From: Sluysia triapertura
Lineage: Eukaryota
Direction of reading: 5' to 3'
Assembly: GCA_046118255.1 (NCBI GenBank)
Contig: JBJNIA010186278.1
Span: 1-35,504, forward strand
Length of the DNA: 35,504 bases
The notes under the pieces were generated by a model. It searched no databases. It was not told where the DNA came from and worked only from the letters and a program-made list of their open reading frames with translations. How positions within the stretch are numbered: position 1 is the first letter of the stretch; each line of letters starts with the position of its first letter. A program made the translations under genes and the position numbers. This document shows positions 25,431-35,504 of the stretch, piece by piece.

Positions 25431-26229
25431 AGTAAGACCTAAATATAGGGTTTTGTATAGCGTGTTGAAAAATGATTTCCAGAAAGTTATTGAATATTGC
25501 TTATCGCGCTATTTTTCCATTTTATCTTTTTCTTCAACTTGTTCTAAAATTAACTTGACGATTTCTTACATTGCTTACATTTGAGAAGGAATACTTGATA
25601 GAATGAAAGAATATAAATGAAATATAAAGATAATAGAATAGAAGGATAAAAAGACGATAACGATAATGCTTCATGTTTAATAGGAAGTGTAATGTTTTGC
25701 ATATAATAAGGATTATAATGCTGAATTTTAGGTTATAACTATGTGTATGTATTAATGTAGGTATCGTGATTGTTATAAGATTTTGTTGTGATTGTTGTGA
25801 GATTTTTAGTAATATTCTGTTTTGTCGTTTTGCAGTTTCATTAATGATTCTAACACTACAAACAAATGAAAACAATAGTTTAAGATTATCTAAAATCTAC
25901 GATTTTCCTAGTTCAAAAGTTAGAGTTTGATGATGGAGGTATAAGGATTGGTGTAATATTGGTGGAGTGATGTAATCGCAATTTAGACACCATATAAGAT
26001 TTTAAAATTATTCATTCCAGATTAAAGACAATGCACTGGCGTATAACATGTCAAAAATCTCCATCTGATTAGACCTAAAGTCATAAATTGAAAGTAATTC
26101 TTATAAATAAACATAGTTTGATCTCGATAGAAAAAAATAAATCGAAATTATGAATATAATTTAGTGAAAACAGGAAATATAATGGACTATGAAATCTTGC
26201 TTGAACGTAGACCATACATTTCTCAAATT

Positions 26230-26830
26230 ATTAATAAAATATTACTGTAGGTAATACATGAAAGTCATATTAGGATTAAAAAACCGAGTTAATTAAATCG
26301 TACTGCTGGTGACCGAAAATGAGCCATAAAATTAAAGAATATGTAAAGAAAAGCGATTGATTTTGTTGTGGAACCCCATGCCGTTAAAGATTATTGAGCC
26401 AGATAACATAAATGTTGGGATACTATCTCAATGCAGACTAAAGCAAAATTGCGAATTCGTAATTGTCGTAGATTTGCGTTCTAGTTCCCAATCCTGATGC
26501 AAATTAACAGAGCAAAATCAATCTGAAATTTGAATAATTTATTCTTCCTGCGTGGAATTTCAAGAATAGTTACTGATAATGTTATAGTATTCCGCAGTAA
26601 AGAATTTAAGAAATACCTGAAGAAATTAAATGTAAGATATGATTACACGACCATAAACTAATCACAATCAAATGGGATAGTGGAAAGATTACACGATGAC
26701 AAAATTAACGTTTAAACCGACAGTTATTTGAAAGCTCTGGCGAAAAGAATGCAAATCTCAAATACTATTTGATTCAAGAGTTACTACTGCATGTAATGTG
26801 AACATAAGTTCAGTCATTACAATGAAAACA
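26230..26830 (+). mobile_element. Degenerate Ty3/gypsy integrase fragment
   Basis: RIVTDNVIVFRSKEFKKYLKKLNVR..SQSNGIVERLH (TDNG and SNGxVER motifs). Confidence 0.82.
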
Positions 26831-26959
26831 CAAAAATATCGGCAAAAATATCAGTCAATTTGTTATAAAAGACATGTCATATTAAAATCTAATTTATGAA
26901 TATAATCTAAAATAGTCGTCCATTTTGGAGACTAATTTGTTTTTGTAGCTGTTGAATGT

Positions 26960-28200
26960 TTTTATAATTTACTGAGTTTTAACCGGAACTGTTGAGAAGA
27001 TTATTCACTTTTCGACATTGATTTGTTTTCTGTGCTTGTAGAATCGTCATCGTTTATTCATGGAAGTTCCAAAAGAAAACTCAGAAAAATGCAGTTCGCC
27101 GGTCTTCAGCATGTAGAATCTTATTAAAAGATCGTCGAGAAATCTTATTTTATTATATTCATTAACGTTTACTAATGTTTTATTGAATAAAATTTTGATT
27201 TTAACTACATCAGATACGTTTGATTCCAAGAAATACTTGATAATGTTTATTTCGTGCTTATGTACGTCATTTTTGTCTAAACTTTTTGTATAGATAACAA
27301 AAAAGTAACAGACTTACCAATACTTACATTCGACACCATAAACCCAATAAAGGTCCTACTTGAATCAGCTGTATTTGTCAACTTTAGTATAAAGTTTTGT
27401 CACTTGAGTATATATTTTCTTTTCTGTATTAACTTAACCATGAATAGGAACTTTATCTTTTGTTAGCCTATTTTTATAAACATAGCGTTAATCATTTTGC
27501 ATCTATATGACATATATATGAATTTTCAACTGATCTGTTTAGCATTTTAATCATTGCTTATGTTCTCACTACCTTCAAAATTTATAATCTTTCTTGATTT
27601 CACGATTGTTGCGTTTATGGACTTCTGTAGAATTTAATAGAGTTATGAACTTAACTTTTAAGTGCATTATTTGGTCGTTTGAAATAATAAGTTACGCGTC
27701 TCCACTTTTACTAATTTCATAACAAGACAATTTGAATTTAATAATAAATGATTCGCGATCAACTACGACAAATTTAGTATTTTTAAATAACAAAAATACA
27801 TTTAAAGCACTTCGAAAGTTTTTGCAGGGTGCTATCAGAAAATCAATTAAAACTTTAATCTTTTAATTTATATTGCAATGCATAACCATCAAAGGCCTTT
27901 GTTTGAATAACGTTTGTCGAATACATCTAATTTTTCGTTATGATAATTAAACTCGAACGATCTATAAAATCTATATAAAAGCTATATATAACATTTTCGT
28001 AAAATACAGTTTCCATACTTCATTGATTCACTATAATTTCAACATAGATTCAGGATGAACATAATAAACTAATTGAACATGTCATATATCAAAGCACAAA
28101 AAGAACTTGAATCTGATTATCGATAAAGCTTTCAGAATTAGTCATTTGAACGACTTCATCAGCATAATCAAGTTTGATGAATTTCACTAACTATTTTTCA
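26960..28200 (-). pseudogene. Orphan pseudogenic coding remnant with a ~41-nt intron
   Basis: GTAAGT..TTTAG intron at 27277-27317 joins TFIGFMVSNVSI to DKNDVHKHEINIIKYFLESNVSDVVKIK... Multiple stops; boundaries are approximate. Confidence 0.4.
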
Positions 28201-29908
28201 ATTAAAACCACTTCTAATTACTTCCTAGACTTTTAGTTATTATAAAAATTTAAAAAAACAGTCCAAATAAATTTATATATTATAATTATTAATATGTAAT
28301 ATAATTACATATTCTTATTTATTAAAACATTTATTATTTATTGTAATTTTAACATTAATGTTATTAATGTTATTATTATTGATGCATCTATTACATGTAC
28401 AATATGGAAATCGTAACAGCATAATATGTTCAAAAAGTATACAATCAACTACAGATTGATGCATAATAAATGCAAGGTTATGAAGTGCTTCAAAGGTGTT
28501 GCGTTTTCATTGTAAGTACATTGTGATATATTTAAATTATAGATTGCGTGCTTGAAAATGAATGTTTTTAAGAAATAGTAGACAACATAAACTAATGTTA
28601 AAGTTAAAACGTGAAAGATTATCAATAATTTATGTGATATCAATAATATATCCGAGATATGTTATGAAAAGTATGAATTTATTACTTATTTTAAGCGATA
28701 TGAATAGAATGAATCATTGAATTTTATTTTGCAAATATGTTCGTGATATTATTTGAATTGCAGATGTTTTATGTATGGAACTGTGTAATAAAGTTATAAG
28801 TTTAGGTTGGAGGCCCCCAACTAAATATCGTGGTTATACGTTTGGTATGCACTGCAATATTTATTAGGAATCTTATAAGGACTTTCTTTTTGAAGTTGCA
28901 TTTTATGTTTATCGAACCCGGAACTATTATTTGGTTAAAACATTGATATTTAATTCGCTGGGAATTGTTTGAAAAACTGACCATATCTAAGTGATACTTC
29001 ATTCTGTGATGTATAAAACTCGGCATTATACGTAGACATTAAATATTGTAGTTTTTGAAATGGATGTTGTCTTGGATTTTGATGATTCTGTGAGTAGATT
29101 TATTATTTCAAAAAATTGTATATCTATGTGCATCATACTTCTGTTTACTAAATTGAAGACAGCTAAAGAAGTGCGAGTCTGTGAGGATGAACTGTGGAGT
29201 TTATAATACAATGAAACATTTTATGTTTGCACAGACGTATTTTATTAGTACTTATATTGCTGCATAATTCTCTTATTCTAATTTTTATGTAAATTAAAAC
29301 GTTATATTGAAGTAAGTCGTGAACTCCATTGGAATTTAATTAAAAATTTTCTAACACTTAAAGCAATTGTTCTAACCATATTTTTTGCGAATACTCCTAC
29401 AAATTCCGATCTTATCATGGCAATTGTGTTATATTAATCGTATTGTAGTCTATTGTAATTTAACTGAAATTATTACACATTTATGAATAATATGGTATGC
29501 ATGTGGCATGTTGCACAGTCATCAAGTGATAATTACTATATTATGACAATCATTATCTTATATTACAATATTTTCTTTTACAATTATTGATTGTACTTTT
29601 AATGTTAGAAAGAAACGCATAACTAGAACATATCTCCTTACTGACGAATTATTTCTAAAGGTATGTTGCTTATTTCTGTTATTTCATCGTTTAATGCAAA
29701 ATTCTGTGTTTTCGTTTTAATTTAATTGTTCATAATATTGTTATTTTGTTTCGTTAAAGGCCTTAAGCCGAAATTAAACGTTTTAAATCTGAAAAAATAA
29801 TTTACCAAGTATTTCAAATAATTTTTAACTTAAACTTTAAAACAATAAATTTCGTAAAAGCAATTGTCAATTTATGCAGAAAAATAATAAATTATGTATC
29901 GCCTTCGA

Positions 29909-29909
29909 C

Positions 29910-29976
<67 letters not shown>
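29909..29976. repeat. (ATT)n microsatellite, ~22 units
   Basis: Perfect trinucleotide run. Confidence 0.97.
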
Positions 29977-30306
29977 GTGGGACTAATTTTGCAGTATTAA
30001 TTTTAAAACTAATTCATTTTGACTTAGTGAGGACGGATAGCGTGAAGTGAATTCATGTTATATCGTAAAATGTTCTGATATTAAGAAGTAAACAAAACCA
30101 CAAAAAGCAAAATGTAAGAAACACATTGGAACTCGTCTCACGTATTTAACAAATAGAACCAAAAATCATCCTTGATTTTGTTAAAATAGAATTAAAAAAA
30201 CAAATACTGACCAATACAACTACTAAATTGTACAAATAAATTTATAAACACTAATAATGTAAAAGAATGTGGCCATGATAATGAATGTATTAAAATCATT
30301 CATTAA

Positions 30307-30702
30307 CCCATTAATTGCCTAACTTTTTTGAATTTTTGACTCGAAAAGTTATGTAACAATATAATTATATTCAAATACAAAATACACTGTCTGCTATAAA
30401 CAATATTGATTGATATTAATATTAAATGATTAATACTATAAGGACCAATTGTGTCAATTGATGCAAATGACATATTTGAGTAATGCCATCACCGATTTTT
30501 ACCTGGAAAATTATGAAAAAAATACGACGATGTCATAACCTTAATTCCAACACACTTCTGAAAGTATCAATCAATTGCAATCATTTGTGTCAATTTACGC
30601 ACGTGTCTTCTATGTATTAAAAATTCTGCCCTTTTAGTGTTAAGCTGTCAAACGCACTTGATTAATTCGTCGTTTCAAATGGTGTACGTTATACTTAATG
30701 GG
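30307..30702. mobile_element. piggyBac-type MITE
   Basis: TTAA|CCCATTAA ... TTAATGGG|TTAA gives terminal inverted repeats with a TTAA duplication. Internal GTGTCAATT repeats are present. Confidence 0.8.
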
Positions 30703-32116
30703 TTAACTAAAGAAAGAAAATGGCCATATAAATGAATTTAATGTGTAGAAAAATTATCGTAGAATGGAATTTATTGGCCATAGTATAATATCAATGGAAA
30801 ATACTGCATAAAGTAGAGCTTCCACACATTTTTACAATTAATATTATTTTGTAAAGACCAATTTGTGCTCAAATAAAGTGAGTATTATGTGTACTACATT
30901 CATATTTATTTATGTGCTCTCCTTTTTGTTATTGACTGTATAATTTATTGTTGAGTATAAGAATTTGAAGCTTAGAGGGTTTGAAACAGCATTTTGAAAT
31001 GAATTTTAAATATGTAAATCACTTTCAAAAATTAATCTAAGCTTAAAATGCATTGTAATGAAATAATTGTTAAATCTTATTTAAGCGGTATATCAAAAAG
31101 TAGCTATAATTGATGAATAAAATACTAATCTTTCAATTTAATACTTTTTTCTATGTTCATAGAATTAAAAAGTGAAATTATTTTTTTACAAATTCAAATC
31201 TTGTATTTTTAATAATTACATTTCTATTTCTATCATCAGAACCAAATTCAGAACAAACCTCTGCGATGCAATTCGATTGACGTGGAATTACAATACACAC
31301 ACACTTTGCACACAATAATAGTAAAGATTAATAATCAAAAATAAAAAGTTTGTGCAACTAAATATAAAATACAAAGTAATTAAATTAATAAAGATATAAA
31401 CTTTACTACAAACTTATCAGTGTATCATAATATTTAAAATATAAAATAAATTTAAGTAACTTAAAGTAAAGTAATATATTAGAAATGTATATAATGCAGT
31501 ATTGTTAGTTCGGTTTTCTAGATAATCTATTTTTAATTCACTTTTCGTTAAACTAATCTATACGAAAGTCACATCAATATTTAAAAATTTTAAATTTAAT
31601 TAAGAAAATTATCTTATTAAAATCAATGAAACAAAAAATAGTAAATTTGACAATTTGAAAAAAAACATAGGAAACATTGAAATTGTTAGAAAATAATAAT
31701 TCAATAAAAATGTGTATAACTATGTGACAAAATTTAGTATATATAATATTAAGTAAAGTATCTAAACTTTATATATCAAATTATTGTTATAACAAATTCT
31801 GAATTAACATATGAATAACTAATATAAATGACCTAATTTTTGTAAACAATAACAATATATTTCAAATACAAAACGTTTAATTATAAATAAGTGTATTATC
31901 AAGAATAAATTTTTATTTGCAATGACGCTATTATAACTTCCATGTATAAACATTGTAGACATAAGTAGACATTAGTATTACAATTGAGTCTCTTTATCCA
32001 TCTACTTGATTTTATATATTTATATTTATATGATTATATATATGATTAATTATATAATGTGATTATATATTTATATTATTTTTGACTGATTTGTTTCAAT
32101 TTCTTTTTATCTACAG

Positions 32117-32429
32117 AAACTCGATGCGGATAAAGTACCGATATTTTTGAAATGTTGTATAGAAGAATTAGAAGACAGATGCCAAAAATTTAATAAATCT
32201 ATACTTGATATGTACAAACCATCAGCCGAAACATCACAGTTAAAATATCTTCAAGTAACCTTTGCACATCCTCAATATAATTCTGATGGAAGATTAGAAG
32301 GCCTGAGAGATTTATCTGATTTTTACATAGCAAAATTGATTAAATTTTTTTTCAAAGAATTACCAGAACCTCTACTGACATTCGGATTGTATCACAGTTT
32401 TATCAATTCTGTTAATACAAATAATACAG
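32117..32429 (+). CDS. Exon encoding the N-terminal part of the RhoGAP domain (continues exon 22937-23094)
   Basis: Polypyrimidine tract + CTACAG acceptor in phase 0. KLDADKVPIFLKCCIEELEDR...IAKLIKFFFKELPEPLLTFGLYHSFI is a typical RhoGAP core. Donor is CAG|GTGATT. Confidence 0.92.
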
Positions 32430-32762
32430 GTGATTGAATTGTATTTATCGAAAATTTGATTTAAAAGAAATTTTTATTAACTTTAATCAATTTAAATTAT
32501 GTAAATGAGTTCACACACAATATTCGGTTTATTTTTGTTAATAGTCAATATTGAAATAAACAAACGGTGAATTTTTAAAAAAGAAATATTCATTTTTTCT
32601 AAAAAAAATAACTTTTTGAAGATGATGAAAGAAATTCAAAAACACAAAAGTACAAATTTTACAATTTTACGTGAATTTCTTCAAATGGAAAATTTTGGTA
32701 ATTTTCATCAAAATAAATTCTAGAATTTTTAATTTACCTCTCCAAACAAATACAGTTACGTT

Positions 32763-34150
32763 TAGGGATTGCATTACCGGTTTTCGGTTAAACAGCCAAA
32801 ATTCATGTATAGTAAATACCTGTAAATTTTCGATAAAAATCCAAAAAAAAATCAAAATTTGAGTTAGAAATAATTCCTTTTAAAAACATCTAGTCATAAA
32901 TTTTAGAGATTAAATTTTTCTCAGAAATTTTGGTGGCAAAATTATACGAATTTTGTTCTTTATATGAGATTTTTTCTACACATTACATATTTTGTAAATG
33001 TTAAATTGAATAATTGGTAATTAACTTTATATTAGTGAGACTTGTAGTTTTTTTGTACAAAAATAGAAACTTAATACTTGATTTTATATTTTACAGAGGT
33101 AAAAAAATTAAATTTCAATTAAATTTAGAATAGTAAAAGTTGATAAAAATTGCTGTGGAATCTATTAAAAATGAAGGAAAAAAATCGGTACGGAAATGAA
33201 GCAAAGTACAGGCATTCGACAAAATACTAATGGTCAGTGATGATTCTACTAGTGGCTTACATTCGAACTTAAAGATACGAAAAAGAAGCCAGCCAATTGC
33301 TAGTACTTCAAAATATCTTAAAATAAATGTTGAATCATTTCCTGCTATAATTTCAAGAATGGTAACAAAGGATGGCACATCATTTATCAAGTGTTGTAAA
33401 GTGTAGCTTTTATGATTTAAGGTGATTGCTAATATCCAAATGATATATTGTGCCAAACTCAGGCAATAGTATTAAATCTAGTTAGAATTGATACAAAGTT
33501 TAGTCTTACATTTGACATGAATAATAAAATCCATGCAGTAGAAAAGTTTAAAATGTTTGGAACTAGTTAAACAAAAATGGAAATAGTTCGGCTTGGATTT
33601 AGAAAATGGTGTGGCTGTTACGAAAAACTTGGAAAAATTGTAAATAGCAAGCATCAATTGTGCTTAGTGCATGGAATGCAATTAGCCCTGACAATAAATT
33701 CGGATCTAGCGATGAAATTGAATCAGAGAATGAAGAAAGCGAATCCGAAATTACAGAAGGTTTAATTGTATCTCTGAATGATAATATTTTCCTAATAATT
33801 TCTGAAATAAGGCAGGTGGTGAAATAGTATAAAAGTTCTACAAAAAATGATAGTACTTCAAAAGAATATTTCACCCAATGGATATTTCATTTTCGGAGGA
33901 TGTTTTCAAAACAACCAATAGCATAATATTCGCACTATTGGTTCTAGAGTCATTATGTGAAGTGAATGCCGCCTTATTAAGTGCTGATGTATCAATCAAT
34001 TTCATGCTAAATGAATTATTAAATCAAAACACAACAATAAGTAAAAATTTAAAACAAATTGCTTAATTAACTAGCATAAAGACGTGCTCCGGTATCTTCA
34101 TGATGCATCGATCATTTAATATTAAAAGAATATTCTAAGAATATTTATTT
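32763..34150 (+). mobile_element. Degenerate hAT (hATm-like) transposon
   Basis: Left end TAGGGATTGCATTACCGGTTTTCGG. Transposase remnants: ESFPAIISRMVTKDG, FSLTFD, HQLCLVHGMQLA and LESLCEVNAALLSAD..FML. Confidence 0.78.
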
Positions 34151-34453
34151 AATAAACTAAATAAAGCAAAAAATCTGCCTGTTAAGAGTTCCAACGGATG
34201 AATTAAATAATACTTCTGAAATTAAGTATTAAGGTCTTATAAAAATGAGAAATATTTTCATGTTAAATATTATCTCGATGTTAAAACAAATCTAATATTT
34301 GTTTTATTTTTCTACTTTTTGCATGTAGCAGTGGTTGTTTTGTCAGAATGTGAAATAATGCATTGAATAAATAAAAGATATTTAAATGAACTTTTTTTTC
34401 TGAAATATAATTGCTATTGTGAAAATAATTATCATTTTGAAATCCTTTTTTAA

Positions 34454-34628
34454 CCTTCTATCTACCGTGCGGGTCTCTGGATCCACAAAAAAACAAAGTT
34501 AATTTTTTTCATTAAACAGATTTATTTAAAAAGTCAGTAAGTTAAAACAATTTTCATGTATCATATTACTAGTAAATAACTAGTGAAATTTACAGTTGGC
34601 TCTATTGGATCCGAATGGTAGGCGAAGG
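34454..34628. mobile_element. piggyBac-type MITE (175 bp)
   Basis: TTAA|CCTTCTATCTACCGT ... ATGGTAGGCGAAGG|TTAA gives imperfect TIRs, with GGATCC near both ends. Confidence 0.72.
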
Positions 34629-34849
34629 TTAAGGATTATGAGCTCTAATGGGTTAAATTAATATGTATTTGATATACTTTCAAGAATTTTTGGTCGAAAA
34701 GGAAGGATTTACAGATTTAGAACTAAATAGGTCAAATTAAACAAATATTCATTTTACATCTTAAAACGTAGGTAGAGTTAAATCTCAAATGTAAATTTAT
34801 TTTATTTTAATATCATTTATCATTTTTTTTAGTTTTACGATAAGGTTCA

Positions 34850-35504
34850 CATTTGACACGTTGCGCATTTTTTGAAGATAACGCTGGTTTTAAAGCCATT
34901 GAAGTTTCAAAACATTTAAAAACATCCAGTCTTTACAAGACTTATAATAATTAAAAAGTAGTTTCAAAAACAACTTTCTGGACGATTTTCAGAACTGTGT
35001 CTTTGAAGATACTCGTTAAATCTAATTCAAGTCTTTAGTTGAGAAATACAAACGTTTTAAATCATTTAAAACTACTCGGAAAAATGGCACTTGCGTTCCG
35101 CATAATTTAGTATCTGAGAAGTCTCTAAGTATCTCAATCGTAACTTTATTATCGCACCTGAATATTGAACCTTTTTTGAATGAATTGTTTCGAAAGCTGA
35201 AAAGTGTATTATATATTAATAAAAATTGAAATGAAGCAGTTGAAATCAACCAGATGAATCGATTCCTCAAAGTGACATAGATCCCAAAGGTTCTTTTTGA
35301 CTGGATTATGAATTATTGAAAATGGATAAAACAATATCCCTTGATAGTTATTGTTCACCCAACATTGGTCAATAAAAAAATTTAATTTTGCTTTGTGAGA
35401 ATGAAAGATATCATTCTTCAAAATTCAGTTATAGTTCATATATTTCTCTGTTTCACTCAATGCAACTCTTAAGGCGCAGAAAATTGGAAGAAGCAGATAT
35501 AAAA
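34850..35504 (-). pseudogene. Possible degenerate coding remnant of unknown family
   Basis: Overlapping 70-82 aa ORFs and higher sequence complexity than the flanks. No motif recognised. Confidence 0.25.

Overview
Very AT-rich, transposon-dense eukaryotic (probably invertebrate animal) genomic DNA. Two host genes are supported. One is a minus-strand SRP54 with a 1248-nt coding exon (10069-8822); I could not find its last exon in the window. The other is a plus-strand C1-domain + RhoGAP gene, seen as two in-phase exons (22937-23094 and 32117-32429) separated by a 9-kb transposon-filled intron. The rest is decayed Ty3/gypsy, hAT (Tip100-like, Buster-like, hATm-like), Tc1/Tc3 and piggyBac remnants, TTAA-flanked MITEs, microsatellites and several orphan pseudogenes with very short introns. 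Three features stand out. (1) A ~450-bp array of 3-5 unrelated pre-miRNA-sized hairpins at 19.82-20.27 kb whose core mismatches are mostly G.U wobbles on the plus strand, a candidate undescribed miRNA cluster. (2) A 160-bp element, present twice, that carries an internal tRNA-like Pol III unit with its upstream flank and terminator between TGTT...AACA ends. (3) A 446-codon orphan frame with six in-frame stops and no frameshift. All calls were made by eye, without database searches or folding software.
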